The translations under genes were made by a program, and so were the position numbers. Source: Selaginella moellendorffii (lineage: Eukaryota > Plantae > Lycopodiophyta). Taken from it: 64,000 bases of DNA. The stretch lies in assembly GCF_000143415.4 (NCBI RefSeq), contig NW_003314264.1, positions 2,179,710-2,243,709 of the forward strand, read 5' to 3'. The notes beneath the pieces were generated by a model, which was not told the origin of the DNA, made no database searches, and saw only the letters and a program-made list of their open reading frames with translations. Positions 13,001 through 24,690 of the stretch are shown piece after piece; the stretch's first letter is position 1; each line of letters opens with the position of its first letter.

Positions 13001-15048
13001 GCCTTCGAACAGGTTTTATAATTTTTTATAAGCTCACTTTTAAGCTTCTATGTGCAGGCATACATGGAAATTGCATGCCCCGACGGAGGAAATTGCGGTC
13101 GAACACCTTCAGCTCCACCAGCAACTCACATTGAACTGCATCCGACGGCTATGTTGAGTGTGGTTGCAAGCTCAACACCTTGGTCGGATCACAATCAAAG
13201 TCCTCGAAATATGTACCAGTGCCAGGTTTATACGAGCGCTACCGTAATGTTTAGTTTTTCTAACAGTTTCTACAGATGGGAAAACAAACGCTAGGCTTTG
13301 CTTCACAGGCTTTGAAGTTTAGAACGGATCACAAAATGTACAATCTTCAGGTAAGACTAGATTTAAGTGTTCTTTGTGTTAGCCATATTCTTTGCTTTTC
13401 TTGTAGAACCCTCAGTCTCCTGTTGCGCGCAACGTTAATTACAAAAAGTACAACATGGACGAATTTCCACTTGGCACCAACGCTGTTGTTGCAGTGTTAG
13501 CGTACACAGGGTAAAGCTAACTGAGATCCATTTTAAGGTTTGAATTTGAGTGGTTTTCATGTAGTTTTGACATGGAAGATGCTATGATTATGAACAAATC
13601 ATCGATGGAGAGAGGTTTAGCACATGGACAAATCTATAAGGTGCTGTTTGACAGTGATTTTTGCTTTGTCCTTTGTAAATTGATATGTTTTTTCTTTTTA
13701 GACCGAGCATGTCGATTTAAGTTTGCTGCAAAAAAAATCTGATGGAATTGTGAACCTCTTTTCAAGACCAACTGGGAAGAGAAATATACATAATTTTCTT
13801 GACGTGGACGGTCTTCCACACATTGGCCAGGTCTGATTAAATCCGCTCGAAATGCTATTAATCGTTTTCTCTGCAGACTATGCATAATGGAGATCCTTAT
13901 TGCAGTGTTTTGAATACAATGACTGGTGATGCGAAGCTACATAAGCTTAAAGCTGCAGAAAATGTCGTCATAGATTCCGTCATTGCCATCGGGCATGGCA
14001 GAGACCCACTTCAAAAGGTCACAATCTCCTTATCTCGATGCATGCCAATAATTGGCTTTCTCTGCAGATCGCTGTGAAGTTCCGCCATGATCGAAACCCG
14101 GTTATTGGTGACAAGTTCAGCAGTCGCCATGGACAGAAAGGAATTCTGTCACAGTTGTGGCCAGATATCGACATGCCATTTTCGGCTGTCACCGGGATGC
14201 GTCCCGATATTATTATCAATCCCCACGCATTCCCGTCTCGTATGACGATCGGTATGCTTATGGAGTCTATGGCTGCCAAGGTACTAGCGAACTAGCGATG
14301 TGCTCCTTATGCTTCATGCCTATTTTAGGCCGGCGTTCTTCGAGGCGAGTACGTGGATTCGACTCCCTTTAGAAGCAGCTCAGCAGCTTTAGATGCAAAA
14401 GATGGTAAAACAGGAAGCGGCTACAAGGGTAAAGATAAGCATTATCCCGCGATTAGTGAGTTTGGGGAGCAGCTGGCACAGCACGGTTTCAATTACCATG
14501 GCACCGAGGTTATGTACAGCGGTTTGCTAGGAACGGAACTCACCTGTGAGATCTTCATCGGTGTTGTGTATTATCAGCGACTGCGACATATGGTTTCGGA
14601 CAAGTTTCAGGTAACTCAACTCGGAGAACTGAAAATCGGATTAATGTGGTCTTTATCCCAGGTCCGCTCGCTCGGTGCTATCAATCCCGTCACTAGACAG
14701 CCAGTAGGTGGTCGCAAGCTCGGTGGAGGCATACGTTTTGGAGAGATGGAGCGTGACTCGCTACTTGCACACGGTGCAGCGTATTTACTACACGATCGAT
14801 TGCACACATCCTCCGACTACCACGTTGGAGACGTGTGCACCACTTGCGGGAGTCTGCTGTCAACTCTGATGGTACCCTCAAAGCAGCCCGCCGTCGGTGC
14901 TCGGAACAAACCCAAGAAGGCTACCTGCAAAGTCTGCCAGTCGAATGCTGGAGTCGTCAAGGTTGCCATGCCATTCGTCTTCCGGTATCTTGCAGCAGAA
15001 TTGGCAGCCATGAACGTGAAGCTTACCCTCAAAGTTGCTTCAGCGTAA
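10075..15048 (+). CDS. NRPA2: DNA-directed RNA polymerase I second-largest subunit
   Basis: [104 protein letters not shown]-terminal Zn-binding Cys pairs, and [15 protein letters not shown] (Pol I type). More than 20 tiny introns; spans a gap. Confidence 0.93.
12659..12758. other. Assembly gap
   Basis: Run of N. Confidence 1.
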
Positions 15049-15680
15049 GGAAGGGGTACGTCTAAATTCTTTTAAGCTGCCTTACAAACGAAGTGATCTG
15101 AGTTATTGATATCAGACCACTGTACTTGGAGCAAAGGATCTAGCATGGTTTTTGGTCCTTGAAGGAGCGGACCCAGCCCTTTGCAGAGCATCTCCAGCTC
15201 CACATACGCTCCCTGCCGTCATCCGGGCATCCTCAAGCCTCACTGCATCTCGAGAAGACAAGCCTTTATCCAGGCAAGCGCTCCTTCGCTGGCTTGGCTC
15301 TTTTTCTTTGCTTGTTTTCCGTCAATATATATGGCGTTGGAACAAAGAGCCTTCCTTTAGAAGACAAGGCGAAGAAATGCTAAGAACCGTTTTTCCTTTT
15401 TCTTCGAAAAAATATGCAGTGTCTCGAATGGAATTATCTGGAAGAGGTATGTATTTTTCTTTTCCGTTTTTATTTGACAGTGATTTGCTCTTCCAAGTTA
15501 CAGTGTCGACAATCGATAGTTCACTGTTACGAAAAATCGAGGTTTGATACATGGGTACGTTTTAAAAAATGTCAAGGTGAAAGGTACTGATCAATGTTTG
15601 CTATCTGTAACTCTACAGAGGTTTTACTAGGGTTTTCCTGAGTTTGGGTCTTCGGTGGGACGAGGTATGACAGTGCTTGA

Positions 15681-18485
15681 ATGCTGCAGCGGAAGTTCAA
15701 GAGCTTCCGAGGCCCAGCTGATATCTTAAAAGCCATCGTACAGTCACTCCACCGGGTGAAACCAAGCGTTCCCGTTCTTCTTTCAGCGCTGAAAGCCTCG
15801 ACGAGCTCGAGCGACATCGAAAACGGAAGGAGAGTTCACGCAGATGCAGTTAAATACGGGAAGGACTCCGACATTTTCGTGGCCAGTAGCCTCGTCAACA
15901 TGTACGCAAAGTGTGGGAATGTGGCGGAGGCTCGAGAGATCTTCGACGCCATGGAGTCCCGGAATGCGGTGTCCTGGACTTCATTGATCTTGGGCTATGC
16001 CGACAACGGAGAATACGAGACCGGGTTGGAGCTGTTTCGACGCATGCAACACGAGAGCTCTCAGCAAGCGGATGCTCAGACTTTTGTGGCCGCTCTCAAG
16101 GCGTGCACGGGCTCCGCAGCGAAAAAAAAGCCTCTGGAAGTTGGCGGCAGGCGTGTCAAGCTGGGGACTCTCGAGCAAGGCATGGCGATTCACTCGCAGG
16201 CCTCGAGAAGTGGCTGCGAAGACGTGTTTGTTTCGAGCATCCTGGTGGACATGTATGCGAACTGCGGCAGCATGCTTGATGCTCGGCTCATCTTCGACAG
16301 GATGCCTTCTCACGACGTGGTGGTGTGGAACGCATTGCTTCTGGGATACGCAGAGAATGGAGAGCCACAGGTGACGCTGGAGTTATTCACTCGGTTGAGA
16401 GGAGGAGATCGAGGCTGCGGTCCAAACGCTCGAACTTTCGTCGCTGCGTTTCAAGCCTGCGGCAGTATAGCGGATCAAAGTGGCGACAAGATGGTGGCGC
16501 TGGAGGAGGGGATGGGTCTTCACTCCCAGGCGGCTCGGTTTCAGCACTGCGTGACGGATATATTCGTGAACAACACTCTCGTCGACCTGTACGCAAGGTG
16601 TGGGAGCTTGCTGGACTCCCGCAGAGTTTTCGATCGCATGCGCTGCCACAATGTGGTGTCCTGGAACGCGCTGATGCTGGGACACGCCGACAATGGTGAA
16701 GAGGAGCTGGCCTTGGATCTCTTCGAGCGTTTGCGCGAACAAAGCTTAGCACCGGACTCCCGGAGCTTCGTTGCCGCGTTGAGAGCTTGCAGTGGTCTTG
16801 CCGAGAAAGAAAGCTCGCGGCAAGTGGACACGAACTCGATCATCAAGGCCGAGGCCCTCGAGAGGGGAACGCGGGTGCATGGAGAAGCCAGAGATGCCGG
16901 GCTTGACACGGACATCTACGTGACGAACGCTCTCCTGGACGTCTACGCCAAGTGTGGAAGCTTGGGCGACGCTCGCAGAGTCTTCGACGCCATGCAGCAG
17001 CGTGATGCTGTCTCGTGGACAGTTCTGATGCTCGCCTACGCGGAGAACGGCGATGGTCATCTGGCTCTGGAGCTGCACGAGCAAATGCAGCGGCAGGGCT
17101 GCGTCCGGGACGCCCGGAGCTTCGTCGCTGCGCTGAAGGCCTGCGCCAGCATCGCAGAGAAGGAACAGGGACAGGGAGTTGGCAACAGGTTGGTGAAAGT
17201 GAAGTCCCTGGAGCTGGGAATGGCGCTCCACTCGCAGGCGGCGGGAGTAAGCAGCTGCAACTCGGACGTGTTCCTCGCGAACACCTTGGTGGATCTCTAC
17301 TCGAGGTGCGGGAGCGTCCTGGACGCTCGCAGGGCCTTTGACGCGATGGAGCGGCACAGCACAGCGTCCTGGAACGCTCTCGTGCTGGGCCTCGCGGAGA
17401 ATGGAGAGGACGAGCTCGCGCTGGACCTCTTCCGCTGCATGGGAGGAGCCGTGGAGCCGGACTCGCGGAGCTTCATTGCAGCGCTCCGTGGGGTGGCTAA
17501 TCTCGCCGAGAGAGAGCGAGGCAAACAGGCCGAGACGGGGCTTGTCAAGGTGGAGTCACTGCGCAGAGTCATGGAAATCGAAGCTACGAGCAAGCTGGGC
17601 GATATTACAGCACTAGACGCGTTCCTTGCGAGCGCGCTGGTGGACTCGTACGCAAATTGTGGGAGCCTCGAGGACGCAAGAAGGGTGGCGAGCAAGATGG
17701 AGCCTCGTCACAGCATCGCGGCTCTCAACGCGCTGGTGTCCGGCTACGCGGAGAATGGCGAGTCCCGGCTAGCAGTGGAGCTCTACCGATGGATGCGGGA
17801 GAGCTACCCGGAGCTCCTGGACGCGCGGACGATGCTCGCGGGGCTCAAGGCCTGCGGAAGCTTGGCCGCGCTAGAGACCGTCCGGGAGATCCACGCGGAA
17901 ATCTCCAGAGCCGGCGTGCTTTCATCATCGTCTTCTTCGTCCTCTCGATCACCCAGCAGCAGCAGCGATGGAGGAGCCCTGGCTACGTCGCTGATCGACG
18001 CCTACGGCAGATGTGGAAGCGTGCTCGAGGCCCAACGGCTGTTCGACGCGATGAGCCCATCGCCGGACACCGCGACTTGGAACTCGCTGATGGCCGGCTA
18101 CAGCCACCATGGCGACACGAAGCGAGCTCTGGCGCTGCTCGAGGCCATGGAGCGCGAGGGTGCGAGCGTGGACGGCATCACGCTCGTGTCGGTGCTGAGC
18201 GCTTGCAGCCATGCCGGGGCGGTGGAGGTGGCGCGGGGGCTGCTGGAGGGGATGGCGTCGAGGTTTGGGGTGGAGGCTGGGGTGGAACACTACCACTGCG
18301 TGGTGGACGCTCTGGGCAGGGCCAACAGGGTGGAGGAGGCGGCGAGGCTGGCGAGGAGCATGCCATTCGAGGCGAGCGCCGTGACTTGGAGGACCGTGCT
18401 GGGGGCGTGCCACAAGTGGGAGAACACAAGCGTGGGAGAGGCCGCGTTTGAATCCCTCCAGGGCTGTTTATCGTGGTCATTCTAA
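15681..18485 (+). CDS. PLS-class pentatricopeptide repeat protein with truncated E domain and no DYW domain
   Basis: 934-aa single ORF with repeated LVDMYAKCGS..DAR.VFD.M...VSWNAL..GYAENG units. Ends VEHYHCVVDALGRAN...VTWRTVLGAC. Confidence 0.93.
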   Translation: MLQRKFKSFRGPADILKAIVQSLHRVKPSVPVLLSALKASTSSSDIENGRRVHADAVKYGKDSDIFVASSLVNMYAKCGNVAEAREIFDAMESRNAVSWTSLILGYADNGEYETGLELFRRMQHESSQQADAQTFVAALKACTGSAAKKKPLEVGGRRVKLGTLEQGMAIHSQASRSGCEDVFVSSILVDMYANCGSMLDARLIFDRMPSHDVVVWNALLLGYAENGEPQVTLELFTRLRGGDRGCGPNARTFVAAFQACGSIADQSGDKMVALEEGMGLHSQAARFQHCVTDIFVNNTLVDLYARCGSLLDSRRVFDRMRCHNVVSWNALMLGHADNGEEELALDLFERLREQSLAPDSRSFVAALRACSGLAEKESSRQVDTNSIIKAEALERGTRVHGEARDAGLDTDIYVTNALLDVYAKCGSLGDARRVFDAMQQRDAVSWTVLMLAYAENGDGHLALELHEQMQRQGCVRDARSFVAALKACASIAEKEQGQGVGNRLVKVKSLELGMALHSQAAGVSSCNSDVFLANTLVDLYSRCGSVLDARRAFDAMERHSTASWNALVLGLAENGEDELALDLFRCMGGAVEPDSRSFIAALRGVANLAERERGKQAETGLVKVESLRRVMEIEATSKLGDITALDAFLASALVDSYANCGSLEDARRVASKMEPRHSIAALNALVSGYAENGESRLAVELYRWMRESYPELLDARTMLAGLKACGSLAALETVREIHAEISRAGVLSSSSSSSSRSPSSSSDGGALATSLIDAYGRCGSVLEAQRLFDAMSPSPDTATWNSLMAGYSHHGDTKRALALLEAMEREGASVDGITLVSVLSACSHAGAVEVARGLLEGMASRFGVEAGVEHYHCVVDALGRANRVEEAARLARSMPFEASAVTWRTVLGACHKWENTSVGEAAFESLQGCLSWSF

Positions 18486-20277
18486 ATAATTTTTGATCCG
18501 ACACTATGGATTGCGCTTGATCTGTGTAATCCCTTCTCTGGGCTAATTATTTGGGATGAATATTTGGGATGATAAGCGGCATGGAAACATCACAGAAGAT
18601 CCAATGGTGGGCTGGGAGTTTCTGGCAGGAGTTCGCCCTCCGTAATTACCAGGCATCATCTCTAGAGGTCCGAAGGGCCTGCAGTCTCCTGAGTAAACCA
18701 ACCAATTGAGCAACTGTAGATAGACTGAATCCCACTTGAAAATCAAGTAGAGAAGGGTTCCAAAGATAGATTTTTCCCTTTATTTGCTTGCATTTCTTCG
18801 TAAGTTGTAAACTAAAGTCAACTACAACATGTCAATTTTAATCCCCTAGTAATAACATATCCTCCATTTAACAACTCATTAATTTTCTTTGTCAGTTGTG
18901 AACAGAAGTATCCCTTAGCCAAGATCTCAACACTAGTATTGCCCAGCAAATATTAACAGAATCTAGAATTAATTTTTTTTCTTGTTAATTAGTTTTTACT
19001 ATTTAAATTTATATAAAAGAAACCTTGAAAGATATTTGCTATTCAATTGAATGGAACATAAAAAATACAAAAGCTAAAAAGGTTGTATTTTAATTGGTGA
19101 GGTTGCTACAAAGGAGGAGTATCTACTTTACCATAAAGATAAACAAAAAGAAGAAAAACAAAAAGGAAGAAATGAAAAAACTATAAAAACAAGAGGGATT
19201 TAGATAATGCAAAAGTTAGATTTAAAATAAAACCACAAATTTATCAAGGATAATCAATTGAGTGCATGAAATATAGAAATTGATTAACCAAAAACCTTAA
19301 TTTATATAAAGGAGTGAGTAATTTGAATTGAAATCAATCAGACAGCTATCAAAAACCCACTATGCTAATAATAATATATGGCATTATAACTTGATCTCAC
19401 ACTTTGAATATGATTATTAAACATTTTTTCATTTTTTAAATATTTGCTAGCTATGAAAATAAAAACATGAATGCTATAATACTATCATATATTGACTTGT
19501 ATTAATATTTAATATAACAGGCTCTCTTAAGAAACAAATAGTTAAAAATTACAATATAATAATCAAGAAGAAGCAAATTAGGAACCCTTGATCTTCTAAT
19601 TAAACATCTTCTTCTGGACTTAATAAATTTGTTTTGCATATATTATTTTTTATTTTGAGTTATGAAGATATTTTTATTTTTATTACAAAATTCTTAATAT
19701 AATATAATAGATATTTATGAATGAATTTTAAAAATACATCTATTTTGCAAATCTCCTTCGTCAATTACAGTGGTTTTAAACACTCAATATAGAGAGCTTC
19801 AAACACATTATATTCTTTGGTCTAAGACTCTATTACAAAACCAAGGTTTCAATATTATTTAAAAGAGGTTCAAACTATAATACTGACACTCCTTAAGAAA
19901 TTAAATTAAATTGGTTTTGAACTTTCACAAATTTTTCATCATCATAGATGTGTTCTTATGAATTAACAACCTACATTAATTAACCTACTATTATCATCAT
20001 AAATTATTTATATAAATGAAAAATATGTATAAAAAATATTAAATATACTAGATTAATGTTTCTATTTTTTATTTAAAAATAATAATAATTTTAAGAATAT
20101 TGTCAATAATTTTATAATAAACAAAAATTAGAATAATTTTGTTTTAGTTAAAATTTTCTCTATTTTGTTTTATTCTTAAAATTCAAGATTTGGAGTCTAA
20201 TATAAACGGCTTCAGCTATTATTTTTATTTGTATGTATAATAAATTTATTTAACTGTAGTTTCTAGCTCTATCTAAA

Positions 20278-21219
20278 ATGAATGTTATAAATATTAAAAT
20301 CTTAAAATTATTAATTTTTTTATATTTCACATATACTTTTTCATATGCTGGAAGATCCACATCATACGAACCTAGAAGAAATAATTTTATAACACTAGCT
20401 GATTTAATACATTTAGTTGATACTATTATTAATATGACTAATGCAATGTTTCATTCAACAGATAGGTATGAGACTGGACTGGCATATTCTGGAATAGCTC
20501 CACTACTTACTTCAAATGAATATAGAGCTTCAATTACATTTGAAGTTCTTAATAATGGTCAAGGAACACGTTGTTCTATAAATCCATTAAGAGGTAATAC
20601 TGTAATTGGTGGAAATTTAAGAGTGGGATTTAGAAGTATTCTTTATGAAGTTTTAAGCTTTTTACGAAGAGATTGTCCAGGTGATTTTAGGGGTGCCTCA
20701 AATAATTATGTATTAGAGTATAATATCAACCCAAATCCATTTTATAATCGTTCAACCATCAGTACTAATAGAAAACAAAAGAAAAATATAGATGATAATC
20801 CATTTGACGAAAATGAATGTTCTAAATCTGTAGTTTTTACAACATTATTTTCATGGCCATCACATAATATTCTCTATTTTGGGAATTCTTTATTCTCTCC
20901 TAATAGCTTAATAAAACTAACAATGCAAGAAGATTGTAATCTTGTTTTATATAAAGGGGATAATACTCCATTATGGGCTTCAAATACTTGGAGCACATGG
21001 AGAAGAAACTGTAATCTTTTATTACAAATGGATGGGGATTTGGCTATTATGTTTAATACCCTTACACTTTGGAGATCAAGGACAAATTGTATAGAGAATA
21101 ATTGTGTAAAACCATCAGTACTTTCAGTACAAAATGATTGTAACATGGTTTTATATAGAATTCCTACTATAGTTGTTACTTCATTATTTCCAATATGGGC
21201 TTCCAACTCACAATGCTAA
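20278..21219 (+). CDS. Secreted protein: signal peptide + unknown N-terminal domain + bulb-type (GNA-like) lectin domain
   Basis: Intronless 313-aa ORF in AT-rich DNA. Hydrophobic N-terminus; C-terminal MQEDCNLVLY...PLWASNT, LQMDGDL, VQNDCNMVLY...IWASN. Confidence 0.85.
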   Translation: MNVINIKILKLLIFLYFTYTFSYAGRSTSYEPRRNNFITLADLIHLVDTIINMTNAMFHSTDRYETGLAYSGIAPLLTSNEYRASITFEVLNNGQGTRCSINPLRGNTVIGGNLRVGFRSILYEVLSFLRRDCPGDFRGASNNYVLEYNINPNPFYNRSTISTNRKQKKNIDDNPFDENECSKSVVFTTLFSWPSHNILYFGNSLFSPNSLIKLTMQEDCNLVLYKGDNTPLWASNTWSTWRRNCNLLLQMDGDLAIMFNTLTLWRSRTNCIENNCVKPSVLSVQNDCNMVLYRIPTIVVTSLFPIWASNSQC

Positions 21220-22439
21220 TTTATAAAATAGCATTTTCTTCTTCAATATGCATACTGGCAAGCCACTTTGATTGCTCTCCAGTAGTATCTCCAAGAGGTA
21301 CTTGATGAGGACAAAGAGGAGCATCTCCCTTGAAAATAGGGCTCCATGGATGGATAGACTCACTTTTATTAGATAAGCAAAGTTGTGATTTCATTAAATA
21401 ATTGATTGCATTAAAAATGATTATATTAGTATTTCTTCATTAGAGATTGATGTGACCAGATATGCAAATATATGAATGCCATAGTGGTGACATACTTGAC
21501 CATGGGGGGCTTGAGTGAATTGTGAGTAGTGCATCTAGTTTTGGCAATAGAGAATTCTGGAAAAGGATTTCAAGCCCTTGAAGGCTTCAAAGCTGCCTCC
21601 ATTCCAAAGCACATAAGGTAAGCTAGAAATTTTCTAAAATTTTAGAACAAAAACTAAATATGGAATGGAACTCAATAGATCATCTCTATTGTGGGAGCTA
21701 GTTCCAAGCTATCTATCCTCTTTGCCATAGTCTCTCAATCTCCACCAAGAATGTGTCACAAGAGACTTTAGATGCTATAACTTTAGCCTACTGTTATATC
21801 ATTTTTAGATCAATACATCTATTATGGTTGTGAATTTATAGAAGTTGTGCTCATCCTCTCCTCTCTTGTTGATGTGAAGTGTGATTATCATGTTAATTAA
21901 AATATAGGAACCTTACTCTTGGACACATGTGCCAAATCAGACTTGAATTTCAAGGCCTTGAGTGAGTGAACAAAAGAATGGAGCAAAACTCCTAAATATA
22001 CAACCAAGGAGCAAATGAACAAGATTAAACTCCTGAATGTATAACTAAAGAATGAAAGAACAAGAGTATGGAGCAACACTAAAATAGTTTTAGAGTTTTT
22101 AGAATTGCAACACCAAGACTAACATGTAAAATAGAGTTTGGGCTTATACCCAAACTAAGTGCAGAATAAGAACATACTTAACAAAGAACTAGACATTGTG
22201 TTACATTAGTTGGCCATACCTATCTACTATATTTTTAGAACCCTTTATATGAAAGCACATTTTGGGGTTTCATCCCAGTCTTAGGAGTTAGTTTTTGCGA
22301 TAAATTTGAAAACTTATTAAATATAGAATATTATTAGATTATGAATCTGGACACAAGAATAGTTTAAGACATTTTCTACATTTCATTTTATAAATAGCTA
22401 ATGGAACTAGAATAAGACTTCACATATGGCAAGGTGCCT

Positions 22440-23750
22440 TGGTTACAAGGTGCACTATGGCCAAGGTGGCATGGTAATCTACAGTGCAACCACATGTTTT
22501 AGGAGGATTGGGCATCATTGACCCAAGTGAAATGGCAATGGCAATGAGGTATAAGATCATCCTTATGAGCCTTTAGCCAAGTAAGCAACCTTGAGGACTC
22601 ATATTTTGGCAGAGTTTATTGGTGATTTACTCCAAGCATAATACAACTTAGGTATAGGATGCGAACCCATTAGTGGAAGGACGAACGGCTAAAGGATAAA
22701 ATCTCATACAAAGCATTCATAAGTTGTGGAGAGTGTTCTTGTTATGACATGTGGTGCTAAGTCAAGTAGAAGACTAGTTGAACCAACCCCTTTTCTTCAA
22801 TTCATTGTTTAGAGATGAGGACAATATGTTAGGTAGAGAGGTCCATTGCACAATCTAGAGGAAACTCCACTCTAGTAGCTTATGAACCCTAAAGAATCAG
22901 AGACACATGAAAGATGGTGAGGCAATTATAGATTTTCAGCCTGTGGAAGAGGCAGAACCTCCAGCTAGACATTCTAGAGCTTCTTTATGCAGTGAACAGT
23001 ATAAAAGGAGGGTATGGATGGCCGAGACATTGCCTCCATAATGTAGAGGGATTCAAAGTGGGAGGAGTAGGGTATAAAGCACTTAGACCCAAGTGTTCAT
23101 AGCCCCCACTCCAGCTTGGTCAGAAGGAGATGTGGAGGTATGGTTTATTATTTTGCCAGGGAACAATCCCTTTCTAGTGGGACACCCTCCTCCCATTGGG
23201 AAAAGCACAAGCGATGCCATAGGTCATGGATGACAAAGTTAGAGGAAGGATACATGTGTTATATCAAGCTCTCAAACAACTCAATATGGTGGAATCAAAA
23301 GGCCTTCTAGAAGGCATTAGGCTGTTAATATAGTGGCAGCAATAGCTACTGGAGGATCTAGACTAAAACCCCACAACATGGTAATAAAGGGTGAATGGCC
23401 TCTTTTCATACAAAGTCAATGAAGGATATAATGGTTTGCTCATGTCTAGAGAAGAGGAGAGGGAAGAGATCCTGAAGTTATGGTGGAAGTGGATTGAACA
23501 AGGAATCAATATAAAGCATGTGGTGGACAACATGGTGGAATTCTAAAAGCTTTCTATGCAAGAGAAAATGAAGATCATGTCTTGGTTGGTGGCCAACAAT
23601 AGTCTTCCGGTGGGCTAGTGATTCCAAGAGGATGCAAGTTGGAGATGCAAGAAGTGTGGCAAGATAGAGATGGTCATACATGCACTATCGAAATGTGATA
23701 TAGCGAAGCAAGTTTGGCAACAAATCCTTAAAGCAAGAAAGGAACTTAAA
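22440..23750 (+). mobile_element. Degenerate LINE (non-LTR retrotransposon) ORF2 3' portion
   Basis: Interrupted AKVAW*STVQPHVLGGLGIIDP near 22460-22525 and the zf-RVT-like RCKKCGKIEMVIHALSKCDIAKQVWQ near 23643-23720. Many stops. Confidence 0.75.
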
Positions 23751-23899
23751 GTCACATAGGATTTTGAGGCTTATAGTAGAGATGTCTTACACTGGTTTAA
23801 GGGGGATAAAGGCCTTGCTATAGGTCCAACTTAGAGGTATATCAAATGTAGGAGATGACATAGATGGGGGATTTATGTTCACTTGGACACTTCTGGAGA

Positions 23900-24690
23900 T
23901 GTAAACTCTTAAATATGGATTTTTTGGGAAGTCATCCAGCATAGTACTAGCAAGTACTATTTAAACTTATCCCTAAATATCTCAAGACCCTTAAATAATT
24001 AAAAAAAAATGCACTTTTGTTTTGTAAGCAACCAAAAGGAACGACTTGAGAGACGATCCATGGGGTTCAAATATAGAGGGAAAGGGCCCATGAACAAGAG
24101 TGCACCCCCTTTTCCAATCAGTTAAGGGTTTTGGCATATTTGGGGTTAAGCGTCCTTGGGTTTGAATAGTATTGGGCTGGGTGACCTCCCGGGAAGTCCA
24201 AATTCAGGAGCTTACATTTGGTATCAGAGCTGTCTCGGGTCCGACTCTGTTGGTTGGCTAAGGGATTCACACCACATGTTGATTGACATCTGGCTGGTCC
24301 AGTTTGCTCTCGCTGGGCTCGACCCGAGGGGTAGGGTGTCAAGAGAGCGGGGCTCTCGGGAGAGCTGCGGCTCTCAGCTTCCGTTCACGAGGGCGTGAAC
24401 TTGCAGGGAAGCGTGGTGGATTGTAAGCAACCAAAGGGAACGACTTGAGAGACGATCCATGGGGTTCAAATATAGAAGGAAAGGGCCCATGAACAAGAGT
24501 GCACCCCCTTTTCCAATCGATTAAGGGTTTTGGGATATTTGGGGTTAAGCGTCCTTGGGTTTGAATAGTACTGAATTGGGTGACCTCCCGGGAAGTCCAA
24601 ATTCATAAGCTTATATGTTTATGGGCCCTTTCTCTTTATATTTGAACCCTAATGGATTATTTTTGGAGATATTCTCTTTAGTTGTTTAGT
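23900..24690 (-). mobile_element. Old degenerate Cassandra LTR in antisense, split by a younger Cassandra insertion
   Basis: Joining 23900-24022 to 24621-~24690 gives a sequence that aligns along its length to the reverse complement of the Cassandra LTR. Confidence 0.85.
24023..24615 (+). mobile_element. Complete Cassandra-type TRIM (non-autonomous LTR retrotransposon with 5S rRNA-like domain in its LTRs)
   Basis: 194-bp LTRs at 24023-24216 and 24422-24615. PBS TGGTATCAGAGC at 24219-24230, purine-rich tract before the 3' LTR, 5-bp TSD TGTTT. 5S-like GTTAAGCGT...GGGTGACCTCCCGGGAAGTCC in each LTR. Confidence 0.95.

Noticed and set aside
15152-15547. ORFs between NRPA2 and the PPR gene
   Set aside because: No motif or good start; probably UTR or promoter sequence.
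15911-18504. Many overlapping and antisense ORFs within the PPR gene (also within CHX, EBF, MET1, DUF632)
   Set aside because: Shadow ORFs of GC-rich coding sequence with no motifs.
24145-24199. 5S rRNA gene
   Set aside because: Only a partial 5S-like segment embedded in both LTRs of the Cassandra element, not a full 120-nt gene.
24023-24615. CRISPR-like or other prokaryotic repeat system
   Set aside because: Two long repeats with PBS and TSD are LTRs, and the context is eukaryotic.
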